From Yuukianura sp. NJ FZ-2021 (lineage: Eukaryota): a DNA stretch of 64,000 nucleotides. Position 1 is the first letter of the stretch. Every line of letters starts with the position of its first letter. Of the stretch, positions 1 through 21,787 are shown piece after piece. The stretch spans positions 13,640,001-13,704,000 of the forward strand of contig CM102285.1 of NCBI GenBank assembly GCA_046563655.1, in the 5' to 3' direction. A program made the position numbers and the translations under genes. Under the pieces are notes generated by a model. The model was not told the origin of the DNA, did no database searches, and worked only from the letters and a program-made list of their open reading frames with translations.

Positions 1-3000
1 TGAAGATCAGAGCGTCTCCACTGTAAAAACTGAAACTCAAATCCATCACACCGTTTTTCTGGATGCTCAAATTCAATCTGTCAGATTTTTCAAGTGAATC
101 TGTCTTCTTCATCTCCTAAAAAGTTTGAAGATGCAACTTACATTTAACTTAACAAAACTAAAGTCACCAACCTCATCCCTCATCCGCCTCCGTCAAATTC
201 CAAGATCAATTCCACTTCCCAAGGTTTTGAAGGGCTCAAAGGATGCCGAAAACATCTTCATTGGGCACTTGGATTTCTCTTTTTTTGTGCTTTCTAAGGG
301 CTCCGATTTGTTTTTAAAAAGGCTTTGTCTCCCTCATTTTCTAAGACTTTGAGACAACCATCTCGTGGCCTGGATTTAGAATTAAGGAGGAGTTTTTGGA
401 AAGTTTTTTTTAGAAAGAGTTTGAAATGTATTGAAAATGAGATTGAAATCTTATTCATTTGTTTTTTCTGAATTCTGGAGAATTTGTGGTGGTCGAAGGC
501 GTGTTTGAGTTTTTTGGGCAGAGGAAGGGGTGTTTTGTTAGTTTTTTCGATGGGAACGGATCTTCGGTTCCAAAAGAAAGCCGCAGGAAGTGGAGATTTG
601 TGAAACGAACCGAAGCCGACTGGCGGTTCGACTTCTATTGTGTTACTCTCGACATTGTTTTCTGGAAGGGTGAAAGCAAATTGCTCAAACAATTGAAATT
701 CAAACGGCTGAAACTTTTTGTTTTCAAAATTTCAAGAAAAAAAAATTGAGGATGTTGCCTGACTTTTGGCTTGGTTTTGCTCACTCGATTGAGCGCCGTT
801 TTTTGCAGAATTTTGCACAACTAATCAGTGTTGGCGAAAAAGTGCGAAAGTTTAGGATATTTTTTTTGCATTTTTTGAAGTTTTGGTTTTTCTTGACTTT
901 TCGTTTTAATTTTTTGAAATGAGCTTTGACCAAGGGCCTGGTTGGGGGTACTGAAATTGCTGCTTCTGGATTTTTGGAAAAGGAGATTTTAGAAAAGATG
1001 TTTTGTGGTGGACGAAGGGCTCCCCTTGTACCTTGGACTCAAAGTCATCATATTAAAGGGCTCTCTTTTCCTTACATCTTCTTCTTCTTGACTTTAAGGA
1101 CTCGTAGGATCCCTTTTTAGAAAATGTGTTGGTGACTATGGGTGTGTTGTTTTGTACATTTCTAGAAAGAGGACAATGGAACCATCAGATAACCAACACC
1201 AAACCACCACCCACGATACTAAAATCACAATGACTTCCATTCACAAGTCAAATCCCTAGCAAAAAGGAAACCACTTAACATCTTTCCAAAATTTTACCAA
1301 TTTTATACAAAACGAAATTTTTTGAAAAGTCGCTTCAAAACACTTCACGGGAAGTTAAGGCTTAAGGGGTAAAATTTTGAAAGTCAAATAATTTTGTGTA
1401 CACAAAAATTTCAAAGTTTTCCATCCGAAATAATTAATTTTCTCTTTTCAAGGTTACCTTATAATATTTACATAGTTATCAATGATCCTACTCCGTTGCA
1501 TTGCTTTTCAAAAGTTCGTATTTTTGAGATCTAATTTTCTTTTTTGAAAATTTTTTAAAATTTTCATTCTTTGTATAGATGGGCTTATGAGTCAAAATTT
1601 TGATTTGGACAAGGAAATTGAAGCTTGAAGGGCCTTTTTGAGATGTGAAGGGGGCCCTTTGTTTTCCTCTTTTTCGAAGAAGTTTTGAGGAAGTATGAGT
1701 AAGTGGTGGGTGGATAATCTTTGAAAGCAGAGGGTGAGAAATGGTCCAAAAGTTGACTTCTGGGTGGAATTGTGGGGGCCCTTTTAGTGCACACAACAAT
1801 AGGCCTTTTAAGGGCCCTCTCCAGTTGGAGGTGTGGAATTTCTCGACTTTTTCCAAAGATTCGAATCTTTGAGAAGAGCAGAAAGCCTTAAGAAGCCTTA
1901 GAAGGGCCCCCTTACCTGCCTCAACGTCTCTATTGTTCTGGACGTCTCAGTTTAGTTGCCCAAAATGGCTCCATTAAGACCCTTGACCAAAGGACCCACA
2001 AGAACTGTCACCTCAAATGACTTGTTTAGACAGCACAAAATCCTTCCCACCCTCTGCTCCCTTCAAGGGAACCACTTCAGGGCTTCTCAAACTGACCATC
2101 TTAATCTCATCCAGATGCTCAGGTCAAAAGTCCAATAACAAAGGTCAAATTTGGAAATTTTCTGAAAAACTCGAAAAATTTCTGAAAAAGTCGAGCTTCC
2201 ACTGAATCGGTCAGTCATTTTCTGAAAAAGTCCTACTAAACCTTATGCAACGGCAAACATTCCAAAAAAAACTTTTCTGCAATGCCGAATGCTCATGTCT
2301 TATGGTGAAAATTTTTCTGCAGGAGTAGAGCTTGTCCAAGAAATTTCTTAAGAAATCAAAAATTTTCAGAAAAAGTCAAAATAAGTTTTATAGTGGCGAG
2401 CTCTGAAATTCATAGATTTAGTTTTTGTCTTTGCTTTTCTTGCTTTGATTTTGTTTTTATGATTCTTCCATTGAAGATTGATTGCACATTTTCGAAGATT
2501 TTAAGTTACTGTGATGATCTGGAAAAGTTTCTTTGTTTTTGAAATTTTCGAAATTCGTGCGTTTTTTTGATAAGAGGGTTGAATTTCATAAGGTATTTTG
2601 AGGTTTAGGTGTTGAGTACCCTGAAAAGTTAATTGGGAAGAGAAGAAGTTCCATTCAACTGGAAATTGGAGACAAAGGGGATGAAAAACCTACCCGTGCA
2701 AAACTTTTTTCATCCCCCGTCACATGTACTTTGAGTGTAGACAGAGATGGAACTTAACCAACCCTAGCTTTTGACGCATCATTTCACATCACCCTTCCAT
2801 CACAAGAATCTCTCCACGAAGGACCTTGGACCCTTAGCTTTTAAGTCACACAGCAAAGAGACAAGACCACGTCATCTTTTCAAATTGTGACACTGAAGGA
2901 ACAGAGAGAGGGGGCCCTTGGAGGAGCAATTTGGGACAAAATGGTCCATTTTGCCCTTTGACCTCTCATTTTTCAAAAACTTACTAAGGCTTCACTGTTG

Positions 3001-6000
3001 TAGACTTTAGGAATTATGAATTCCGTGGGTCCAATTTCTCAGTGTATGGTTTTCTTTTTGTTAAAAAAAGTGCCGACGGACGTAGAGATTGATTTCGAAA
3101 CGAAACGAAAAAAAAAACAATAGCCCTTAAGGATCCCTTAAGGATGGAGAAACAAAAGGGACTAACAAGATCTGACTTTGGAAGGGAAGTAACAAGGAGC
3201 CCTTTGATTTCCATATTTCCCTACACAAGTCTTTGACTTTTCCCGCCAAACAGTAAAAACGTAAACCCCTTTTGTTTAACATTTTGACGTAGTTTGTGAA
3301 CGGACCTTGACGAATGGACCCTCTACGCCCAAATCTTCACCCCGAAAACAGTAAAAACTGAAATTTTGAAGAAGCTACTGAAATTTTGAAAAAATCAATC
3401 ACGCCTTCGCGGCAATTGTTAACGGTCATTACCAAACCAACGAAGCATCGCAGCATCAGCGGTGTCTTCATCTTTTAAATTTTCATCGACAGATCAAAGT
3501 GTATCAAAAAAAAGTTTTTTCTAAGGGGCTGACCAAAAGTGAGAATTTGGTGATGCATGATTTTTGAATTTGTTCGTGAAGTTAGTGGGGCGTGGAAGAA
3601 TTTTGTGTTCTTTGAGAACTGTAACTTCAAATGATCTTCCGACCGACACAAGAAGAGACACTTTAGAAAACTGTGTGCTTTGAAGCATATTTTTTTGGCG
3701 GTAACTGTTGAATTGTATTGTTAAAGAGGTAGCCAGTGGCCATTGTCCCCTCAAGTCATGATTTTGTTCAACCAATGATCCAGATCCCAATCAATAAAGC
3801 CAGAGTAGGTCTTAAGATGGGGATAAAATTAGGCATAATCATCCATCAACTAAAGCCACAAAGAAACTATTATCTTAAACCAGAAAGTAGCCAGAGGACC
3901 CACTTTGGCCCCACCAAAGTGGGGGACGCTTTTTTGAAAAGTGGGTTTGGGTAATTTGCGTTCAAATTTTTTCGACAAACAAAATTTCACAAAGAGAAAA
4001 CACTTTTTTCTCACATCCATCTCCAATAACTTTCACAATTTGGTATAATTTTTGGAATTTCTACGTTTTATAATAGAGAGAAAATTTTGAAGCTAAAATT
4101 TTAAAAAACTTTTTTGAAAATTTATCATTATGAAATTTTCGTTTTTGGTGAACTTTGCTAAATCTGTTTTTTTGCTGTTTGAAGGATGTTTAACGTCATG
4201 CACTAAAATAATTTTGCATTCTATGTTCATTTTTGACCTGTTAAAAGTTATGCCTTGATGAGTCAAAAGGTCAAAGTTGAAAATTGGATTTGCGGGTCAA
4301 AGTGAAACTAAAATTGATGTAAATCTGCTTGTATCTTAATTCAACTTGCACTACATTTATGTTCTAAACCTTTCTACTTCAGTTTCAGGAATGTTTAAGT
4401 TATGTAGAAAACGAGGCCTTAAACGCTTTGGACATGCGAGGCCCTTAAGTTGATTTTACTTTTTTTGTGTGATGATTGTGTTTCCCTGTGAAAGTGAAGA
4501 TGAGGTTTGGTGTGCCCTTGGATCTTCTAGTTAGTGAAGACGTCAAGATGTCAAATTACGTGGTTAGGCAGCAGGATAATTTTTCCGTGTCTAATGAAGA
4601 CTTTGAGAAGATTCGGACTTCGGAGGGGGTGGAATCCATTTGAGTTATTGGCGAACCCAGAGTCAGAGACAAGACAACGTTTCAGCCTCGCCCCATGAGC
4701 CGCACAATCTTCATCCTTCGAGAGTTTCAATCCTAATCCAAAATCCACCTCTGATTAATCAACCCTCGCTTTCCATCTACAGAGGTCAAAGGTCACCTAT
4801 GCAGCACCTTCTTACTCGTTTGTAGATGAGTTTCATCCAAAAGATGCGTTTGCTTGCTCTAAACAAGCAAGGGAAATCAATTTTGAAACGTGGAAAATCG
4901 TGGTGTAGTTTACGGAGTACGCGAACACGAGAAAATTAATATTGGGGGTGAATGGCAAAGTTGGGTGGATTTGTGAAAAGACATTAGAAAATAATTTTCT
5001 GGTTGAAGTAATTGGGTAGCTCTTAATTTGTGTCCGTTAACAATTTGAATTTGTAAGGGGGGCCCTTGAGCAGTTACATTGTTAAGGGCACCTGAGCTTA
5101 TATTTCTATTTGAAAGACAACACCTGAGCAGAGTCGTCTGTGGTGGGGGCCCTTGAAAATATTGTTTTCAAAGTACAATATTGTCCAAAAGGGCTCCTTT
5201 TATTTCCAGAAGTCACTTCCGTACTTTACTTTGACAATTAACAACTTCCTAACGTCTATTGTTGTGAAGGGGATAATAAGGGATGGGTTGACAACTTAAG
5301 GGACCCACCTGCTCCTGGGAACAGCAGTTTCAAAGTACCCCCACCTTCTTCTCCTGGAAGAACCACCTAACTGGTAATGTATTTCATAGTCTAATTCTCG
5401 AATTTGGTGGATCCAGGGCCTTTTAAGGGCCCATCCTATTTATTATTCATCATATTTAAGGGTACCTTGGTTTTCATGTTTTGGGATACCCGCCGTAATC
5501 CACAGGAGTTCTTCGTATGTTCTAAGGGTACCGAATTTATTCTGTTCAGGTGGACTCAGTTTAGCATCAAGTTACCAAAACCTCCAAGTTGCTATTTGCC
5601 GCGAAAGATATTTCCGCCGAAAAAAATCGGCGGACGACTGCTAAAGGGGTTTTGATCCCCCAAGGGGGTGATCCCCTTTGTATTGCTGACGTAATTCTCA
5701 GGGGTCAGTGTCCAGTACAGTCCATGGAGACGACTGGGCGTAACGGATTGATGGAGGGCCTTAACGAACGAAATGGTCCGTGGTCCGTTTTGTTCCTAGG
5801 AGTAAAGTGTCCTCTGGGACAAATTGACTTGGAGTCATCAGTGTACTTGGAGCCTTAAGGGTGTGTCTCACTTTTTCGTCAATTTACTCTAACAACACGA
5901 TCAGAAACGTAGGGAAGAGGAGGGGTTGAGACTGTGACTCCCTGTGTCCAATGGGAGTTAAGCCTGAGGAGCACCGTGGGGACTCCACGGCGGACTCTCC

Positions 6001-6408
6001 GTTCAGGGTCACCCTTCTCCCTTCATTGTTGCACAAATTCTGAACATTCAGTTCTCATCTGACTCTTGTTGTGGACACATCAAATTCAGAGGTGGTGACA
6101 ATTAGTGGTCAAACAATTACTATTGTCTTGTACAAACAAACAATAAGTTCCAGGATACCGTAGGATTACCAACAATTGGTCAATTAAACTTAACTTTAAT
6201 TAAAACTCAAAGTGTGGCTATTCCGGAGAACCAAGGAAAGTGACCTAGTTGAGCCCATTGTTCCTCAGTACTTCCTGGAAGGTCAATAAAAGTTGAGTGA
6301 GTCATTGGCTAAGGTGGCACCGTGACCGTTGGGATATTGTGTTTCAAACTGTTGGGTGGGACGGGTTCTGTGGTGGGTCCGAGGGAATGCAGTACCTTGT
6401 CCAGAAGA

Positions 6409-9400
6409 ATGTTGTTCAAAGAACGAAGTTCCAGACTGGAGTTGCTCATTGAAAAGATTCAGGCTACGAGAGACACTACAGGTAGGATAGGTGACACATT
6501 TGGTTAGTGGTGGGTTCATTGCCCCGTTTTGGTGGTGGCTAAATAACACCCAACAGCTATTCAGTTTCGGAATTAATTAGTAATTAAGTGTTAATTAGTT
6601 AGTAATAATTTTTATTTTTGTTTTTGTTCCAGATTCTTCTGCTGGAAGTTCGGAGGGACTGTCGTGGACGTCTTCTGAAGCTGGCGACGAGGTCAGCCTG
6701 TCTCCACATAGTCCTTCTGGTGACGCCGACGGTGACCCAGAGGTCAACTTCACCTTGGGCCCAACTGAAACGACTCCTTACGCCTGTCATTTCTGTGAAA
6801 AGGCTTTTCCACGGCTCTCTTACCTCAAGAAACACGAACAGGTAATTGATTGTTTCCAAATTTTTGATAATCTGGATAGTTTTTGTATTTTATGGTCACC
6901 TTCGTAACGTTTGACCTCGTTTAACTTTAACATCGAATGACATTATGAATGAAACTCAGGGACATGTACAAGTTCTGTCAACAGTTTGTGATTTGAAAAC
7001 TTTTTGGTTTTTAGGTAAAAAGTTTTTACTTCCTAGTTCTAGTAATGCTTTCGTTTAGTTGTTTTTCTGGATAATTCATTTTAAAACGTATTTTGTTAGG
7101 TTATTGTCGTTTTCCGTCGATAAAGGATAATCTTGAGATACTTTTTGAGCTTAAGTCCTTGACGTCCGGCTTAGCTCGAAAAGGGTTTAGGATAACAATT
7201 TTGAAAAAGACTTAAGATTTTAAAAAGAGTTTTTATCATAAAAACTACTTTTGACTTCATTGATTTCCAAAAAATTGATGGTCTGACTGGTGATGGTGAC
7301 TGATGGTCATGGTGAAGAAGATGCTTGGGGTTTTCAACTTACGCCAGAAGAGCCCTTGGTTTGATCCTTACAGCTGAAACTGATTGAGTATTTTCCGGAA
7401 TTGGAGCCCTGCTGTGACCCCTTAAGAGTGGACCACTTCTGATTGATTTTCCCCAGTGTCTCTGCGTGGGTGATTGTTACATCTGATAGGGACTCTGAGA
7501 ACAATTGACCTCCGCATGACATATCCTCCACCAAAGGATCCAAAGTCTCCCAAGAACAATTTCCCAAGGGTTAGGGTATTCGGTCATCCTAGGAAGGAGA
7601 CTTAAATGTCACAGACAGATAAGGACTTGGGGGCCCTTAGCTCTCTTCACATTGTCTTCCTTTTAGAAAGTGTCTTCAAGGGATGACTGATGACTCTGTT
7701 CTGTCTGTGTGGCTTCTGGTCCAAGTCCACAACATTTTTTCAGGGGCCCTTCAAAATCTAAAATCCTCCAACTTATGAACAGGAATGCTTCATTGTTTTA
7801 CCATTTTTCAAAATTTTGAAGTTCTTTTATTTCAATTTTTTTACAGAGTCATTCTGAAGAGATGCCATTCCAGTGTGACTTTTGTCAGCGTCTGTTCAAA
7901 CACAAACGGAGTCGAGATCGACACGTTAAGCTCCACACGGGGGACAGGAAGTATCGATGTCCTCACTGCGAGAGTGCCTTCTCCAGAAGGTAAGGCCCCA
8001 GAGCCCTTAAGATTTTCATTTATCATGGTCCATATCCGCCCCTTCTGGAAACTTAGATTACTAAACTTAACATTTGACCTTCACTTAACTCTGACCTTCC
8101 TCTGTCACAAATGATTGGACAAGTGACCTTGTGCTACTAAGATGTTGACATTTTGTTTTGTTGTTAACAGCGACCATTTGAAGATCCACATGAAGACACA
8201 TGACCATCAGAAGCCTTACCAATGTGTCGTTTGTAACCGGGGTTACAACACTGCGGCCGCCCTCACTTCCCACATGCAAAATCATAAGAAGGAACAACAA
8301 GCTTCTCTCAGTCCAAGTCCTCCCCACTTCAGATGTCTTCAGTGTACGCTCACTTTCCCCACGGGAGAGGAATTGCAGGTATGAAAACTTTTCACGTCAA
8401 TTTTTTATATAGAGGTCAAAGGTCAACTGAGAACTAGCAAAAAATGACCAATGATAGTTAGACACCGGGCAGTAATTTTTTTTACTAAACTTGACTAGCT
8501 AGGGTATTATTTTCACAAGTTGACTCCATCTTTGCTCCAATGTTGAAAGAAAATGTGATAATTTCAATGTCAAAGGTCACCAGAACATTTTTTCTTTTTG
8601 TCATACCTTGTCAGGGGGAGGGGCAAAACGGGTAGACTGATTTGAAGTTTGGGGTTAAAGTTAATTTGGAATTTGAAATGAAATAACATGAAATCAAATT
8701 GAAATTACTGTCATTAAATCCACCCTACCATCAGTCCTTTTGCCACTGATTTTTGGAAGTCATAGACATGTACTGGAACTCTTTTTTGATAGAGTTTGAA
8801 TCACATCTATTATTCGGTGTGAATAATTATGGTATTTTGAATTTAATTTCTTTGTTAGGTCCATGCTCTCCAGCAGCATCCACAGCAGTCCACTCCACCG
8901 CCAGCATCAACGGAAGGACCAAAGGGGCGCGGAGGCCAGGCGGACTCAATTTCTTGTCCATACTGCACCAAAGATTCCTTTCCCACCATCGACTCCCTCC
9001 AGAACCATGTCAGAACAACTCATGGTAAGTCGGAAACTTCAAAAACATACTCAAATTTGAATTTTTAGTTCCAAAATTTTGAATTTTGAAATCGGAATTC
9101 GAAATTTTAAATTAGTGTTTCTACATCGTACAGGTGGATTGGAAGAGGAGGAAACTTGAGAATTGTGAATACGAAAAATCAGAATAAATTGTACTTTTAA
9201 ACGGCGTTTTCAGAATTCTCAAGCTCGCTTTTACTGAAAGTGAATTTTGAAGGTCAAATGCTGTGACCCAAGATCATTTTGGCAAAATGAAGATGCTTAG
9301 TCAGACTCGAAGTGTTGGAAGATGTTCAGAACAGGCCAAAGTGTTCAGAACAGACAAAAATGGAGAGGTCATTAGGAGAATCCCGAACTTTTTTCCTAAT

Positions 9401-12400
9401 GACCTGCTCATGTGGTCTGCTTAGCGGTTGGGAAACTTTTTGTGTGAAAAGTGTCCCCGCAGTGTAACTGTGTAGGATCTGTTGATTGGATTTTGATGTT
9501 GACTTGGGGGTGAAGTCCATAATTAGTATTGTTTAGGATTGGGACGTGACATGAGTTCTCATTTGGATTTTTCCAGGAACAGCGCTGGAACCAGACAGTA
9601 GTGACCATAGTCCAGCTACTGGCAGTACTCCGACACCTAACCATGACGCGGCAGTCATCCTGCCATGTGACTTTTGTCGCATGGAGTTCCCATCGATGTC
9701 ACTGCTGGAGAGTCATCGTCAAGCGGCTCATGGGCTCTCGGCTTACCTTGAAGCCAAAGCCAAGGAAAATGCTTTCTGCTCTACCTGCGCCATTGCCTTT
9801 CCAAATTCACTAGCTTACGCTGAACACTTCATTGTGTCACATGCTCAATCACAAATTAAGCAACAGGTAAAAATTCGAAATTTGGAAACTAAAAGAATAA
9901 AAATGAAATTTTGAAAATGAATTTTTTGAATCTCCAGGTCTCTCCGGAACCACCGCAGCTCAAACCGACTGATCTCAGCAAGAAAAAGTCAAAGTCAAGT
10001 GGATCCTCAGCATCAGCGGCAGCATCCACCACAAGCACCAATCACACAAGCTCAACAGGCGGGGTCAATGACAAAGGTCACGGAGAGACCAAATCGGCGA
10101 GAAATGACAAGAAAAGTACTGCTGCCGAGAAACGTCGCAAAACAAATACTGCTGCTGCCACCGGATTCTTCAGTCCTTCAGAAAGTCTTTTATGCAATCA
10201 GTGCTCAGCAGGATTCAGTGACTTTGAGTCTTTTCGGAGTCATTTGAAGACGCACTTGGAGGAGAACGTCTTTCCCCGGAAATTTACTTGTGAAGAGTGT
10301 GAAGAAGAATTTGGGAATGAAGAGGCCCTTGAGTCTCATGCTACGGCTCATTTCCTGTCAACTACTACGGAGTATGGATGCTCAGCTTGTCGGAAACTGT
10401 ATGCCAAACCAGATGAATTACAGAAACATCTAATGGATATTCATGCTCATCATCTCTTCAGATGTGCTCTTTGTAAGGAGCTCTTTGACTCCAAAGTGTC
10501 AATTCAAGTCCATTTTGCAGTTGCTCATTCAAATGAAGCCAAAGTTTTCCGCTGTAGTCCCTGTGCTGCTGTCTTTAGCTCACAAATGGAATTTGAGGTA
10601 AAAAAAATTTTTTGAATGTAAAATTTTCGATTTCCGAATTTCAGTTTTTCAAAATTTTCATTTTCCGTAAACCTTTTCCGCGCGCTTTCTCCTGGTTCTT
10701 ATTTCACTGTTGGTTGGAGATGGGTCGTTGACCCCCAAGAGAAAGCGTGGGAAATTTTGGTCATGGGAGGTGAAATTTAAAGGAACCAATGAAGCAATTT
10801 TTTGAAATTGAAGTTTTCATAATTTTGATTTGTGATTAACTAATTTCTTTGTGGTTTTTAGGTTCATGTCAAGGTGACTCATCTCAGACGACTTTCTCCC
10901 TACCGGTGTCTTCTATGCAATTCCTCGTTTGGCACAGAACTGGATCTTCAGTTTCACTTGTCCACGCATCAGAAGCCTTTTACTTGTACGCTCTGTGACG
11001 AAGCCTTCCATGTTGAATTTCTGCTTGACCGACATATGCAAATGCATCACACGATTCAAACATCAACCAGTAGAACACCACTTCCAGAACCGACTTCCAA
11101 TACAGCAGTAAGCGGCGGGAAATCTTCCAAGAAGGGGTCAAAGGTCCAAAAAGAACCAAAGTGTGACATTTGTGATGAAAGTTTCACTTCAGATTCGGAA
11201 CTAAACATTCATCGCAAACAAGTTCACCATCTTCCGATTTCTCCAAAGACAAATACGCCCCCACCACCATTTTCTCAATCGGTTTCTAAACAGCATTCAA
11301 GAGCCACTGTACAACAAAATGGCGGCACACCAAACCACTCTCATCAAACTTTGTCTCTTCTATGTGCTTATTGCAATGAAAATTGCAAATCCAGGACGGA
11401 TCTGGAGAATCATATGAAAACTCATACGGTAGTGTCAACTGGAAGGCAGAAATGCAATATTTGTGACGAAGTTTGTCCAACGGCGACACGTAAGAAACAA
11501 CAATTTTCAAAAACAGTGAAATTTTGAGTAGGAAAGAATGTTAAAGTGAAAATAATTTTGAATTTTGATTTCAGTTTTGGCGGAACACAAATTGACCCAC
11601 TGCAAAGTGTTGACCGGCAGCGTTTGTACTGGCTGTAAGCAGACGCTGGTCTCAGATGAAGATTTTTACTCACACATGAAACTTCATTCTGTTGGAAGCA
11701 CCAATAACAATACGCCAATCCCCGTGCCTTGTATCGTTTGTAGACAAACACTCATGTCAGACGTTGAAATCCTCCTTCATGCCAAATTTCACACTCGAGA
11801 TGCTGGACCACCTAAGAAATCACGCATCACTTGCTGTCTCTGTCTCCGCGCTGAGGAGAATCTGCTACTGCTCAATAGTCAATCAGGAGCATTTCTATGC
11901 GGCGACTGTCTGCGCAGAACGTCTTCGCTGTTGTCACCTAGAGGCCAATCTACTGTGATGTCTCCACACAAAATGTCGCCGCAGTCGAACAGTAGCAGTT
12001 TGATGGAAGAGGCTGGACGAGGTGGACGAAACAAGTCATACCAGTGTATCAAATGTCAACAAACGTTTGGATCCGAAGAGGAGATCCAGGCTCATGTCGC
12101 TACACATCTTTTGACAGAAGGAACTCGACATGAATGTCATCTCTGCTCTGCAAAACACTTTGATTCACCGTTAAAACTGCAAACACATTTGATTGAACAT
12201 ACGTTCGAAGGATGTCAGTCGTTCCGTTGTTACATTTGCTCTACGCTGTTCACTACACCGACTGGTCTTCAGAAGCATATCTTGAGTCATGGTTACAATG
12301 CTGCTCCGTACGACTGTCAGAATTGTCAGCTCAAGTTTTTCTTTAGAGCTGAACTGGAAAATCATAGTCATGTCCACCTATCTTCAAAGGATGAGGTGGA

Positions 12401-12746
12401 ATCAAAATCTGATGGAAAGTTTAATGTCCACGGTGATCCAAATCACAGCAGTAATCAGTCGGAATCTTCTGAATCTAATAATAACAGCAATCAATCAGAC
12501 AAGAACAAGGGACGAGGAAAACGTAAGAGGAAGAAATTCTTTTACAGATCTGACGATTCTGATGAAGAAATGGAAGAAGACAGACCAATCAAAACGGAAC
12601 CTGGACAAGAAATTGTTAGCAATATGAAGCAAGAAAGTCAAGAATTTTCGGGAGAGAATTCAGCTAATCATTTCTCTGATGGAATTTCTGTCGCTGAATC
12701 CAATGGGCACGGTGGAAGCTTGTTCAAATTCAGAAATTCTCCTTGA
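6409..12746 (+). CDS. Oaz: Multi-C2H2 zinc-finger transcription factor, Oaz/ZNF423/ZNF521 family. Approximate exons: 6409-6481, 6633-6841, 7847-7989, 8171-8378, 8859-9023, 9576-9866, 9938-10597, 10862-11489, 11575-12746
   Basis: Phase-consistent GT-AG splicing gives the N-terminus [19 protein letters not shown] (resembles the insect Oaz N-terminus). It continues [104 protein letters not shown] and [10 protein letters not shown], all characteristic of ZNF423/521. Confidence 0.92.
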
Positions 12747-12979
12747 GAGCAGAATTTTACGGCAATGACGTTTTGACGTCAAGCTATCCAGCATCGATTC
12801 AGGAATAATAGTTAAGGGTACATAGGTCATCTGACCTTGAACTGCTGTTGATGTATAAATTGCTAAAATGACCTTGCATTCGGTGCAGTGATACGTCAAT
12901 ACGTTATTAATGAATAAATATTTATAATAAAATCTTTAGACAATTATTATAAAAGGCATAATGGTTAGAATTGTCGTAT

Positions 12980-13531
12980 TTAGATGTCAATGATTACGTA
13001 AGTGTCCACATTTCCATCTTCTTCATGTATTTGCATATTAGAGTAAGTGATGGCCTTGACCTCGGTTCCTTGTGGATGTTTCCTAAGGTCAAACGTTTCT
13101 CCATATCCAGTCGCTCGGATCCGGAAGTTCTCTCGGTCAAAGGAAGTGATCTTGACCTTCCTGGCAATAAAATTTGGATCTGCATTGAAGCTAAACAGGA
13201 ATTCGTCGAGGAAATGAAAAAGAAGAGACAGTAGATCAGTTCCAGACGCCTCAATTTCAATCGAGCTCAAGTTGTCCACGAGCTCAATTTCAGTCATGTA
13301 AGCAAACATGCCCATGGCCGACTGCTCAAATGCTTCTTCTAAACTGTCTCCCCAGCTATGAATTTGCACGTCGGCAGTATGGTCCAAGTATTCGTACTTA
13401 ATTTCTGGCAGTTCTTCTGCGGGATAAGAAATGTCGTCGTCTCCGGCGACTTCGCAAGCACCTTCACCTTCAACTTCAGGTTCAACATAATCTTCTTCAT
13501 GTTCACATTCCCCTTTCGTATCTACTTCCAT
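12980..13531 (-). CDS. ZBTB8OS: Archease (cofactor of the RtcB tRNA ligase); intronless CDS with an acidic N-terminal extension
   Basis: Motifs YEYLDHTADVQIHSWG, LFHFLDEFLF, HPQGTEVKAITYSNMQI and C-terminal VIIDI. Confidence 0.95.
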   Translation of the reverse strand: MEVDTKGECEHEEDYVEPEVEGEGACEVAGDDDISYPAEELPEIKYEYLDHTADVQIHSWGDSLEEAFEQSAMGMFAYMTEIELVDNLSSIEIEASGTDLLSLLFHFLDEFLFSFNADPNFIARKVKITSFDRENFRIRATGYGETFDLRKHPQGTEVKAITYSNMQIHEEDGNVDTYVIIDI

Positions 13532-13931
13532 TTGACCTTTCGGGGTTTTCGTGAGCTTTTTTGGATGCTCAAGAGTACTGGAACTGGATGCTGTTTTTTA
13601 AAAAAAAGAGACAAATTAAATTAGGCTGGTCGTGCAGGTCCCGGACCGGAATCGGATCCCAAATCAAAATGTAAACACGACTTGTTATTTAGTAATTGGA
13701 TTACTCAATTGATTAATCCCTTCATAACTCCACCGATTCTTATAATGTAAAATCCGCTTACTACAGTACTACTTACCGCCAGCGCCACTCGTTTTGTTTC
13801 GATTAACTGTTGGACCAATCGAACGTTCGTCAAAAATAAATACAAAATCAAAACTTCACTTCTGAAAGTGGTTGGAAAGTAAGGATCAGCTGACTTCTCA
13901 CATGAGTGAATGACTCATTCATACGGTTTTA

Positions 13932-19334
<5,403 letters not shown>

Positions 19335-20009
19335 ACGGTTTTAACTTTGTTTGCTTTTCTGTCATCTCATCACTCTCACTCTCACTCATCATCATCAGTC
19401 TGGTTTGGATTCCAAATTAAATTCCAAGGATCAAATTAACAGCAACAAAAAGGTGAGGGGAGGACGAGGACACTGACAACTTGAAAACAACTACCCCAGT
19501 TTTTAATTAAATTATTCACTGAAACTTGGCTCTCACTGACTGCTAAATGATTTTTTCATTGTTATTTTCCAGTTGCAGGCAGCTAATAGGTTTCACTCAA
19601 CTCAACATCTGGTTGGCCACATTGCTTTTTCTGAGAGATTGACAGCATTTCCATTGGCCATTATCTCAAAACCACAGTCTCGTTAAAGGCAGGTACGACT
19701 TCAATCGGCAATTGGACTGGACAACCACAACAGTAGAAGACCATTAACGGTTAGTTTAAGAAAAGATAAATGAATTAGTAGTTGAATTGGATATGTCATC
19801 AAATCCCTAAAGTCGGCAGTGAGACGAGATGGAGCCGTCGGCTATGGCTGTAACCTAACATCTCATCTTGATCTTTTCATACGAGTTTGCATTTAATGTA
19901 CCTAATAAAGCTTTATAGCTGACAGCAATTTATTAATTGTTAATTAATTGCGAATCCTACCTGTTGCTTTCAGACGACGAAAACTGACCGTACGGTTCGA
20001 TAGCTCATC

Positions 20010-21479
<1,470 letters not shown>

Positions 21480-21787
21480 ACGACTCCCGGCTCTTCGTAA
21501 TGGTCTAACAAACAGGGAACTTGCAATCTAATTAACTTAAAGTGCTTCCTTACTACTGGAACTGGAATCGGACGTCTTAGTAGGTATAAAGTATGTAATT
21601 CATAATAAGTTATTCCAAAGCATTAATTCAAACAAACTTCGTAAGTCTTGTGTGCGCAATGAAATAACGAGACCTGTGTGATTTTGATAATGTTAAATTG
21701 AATCAATTTGTTACAAGACGGGAGAAGTTTATCTCAACATGAATAAGATTTATTCGTCATAAAAAGTACTGGACTTCCTGTCTTTTT

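Noticed and set aside
1..6400. Numerous 60-130 aa ORFs upstream of Oaz
   Set aside because: F/K/L-rich translations of AT-rich DNA with no recognisable domains or coherent exon chain
12980..13531. Intronless archease as a retrocopy
   Set aside because: A probable 5'UTR intron (about 13591-13776) is present and no polyA tail or TSD is visible
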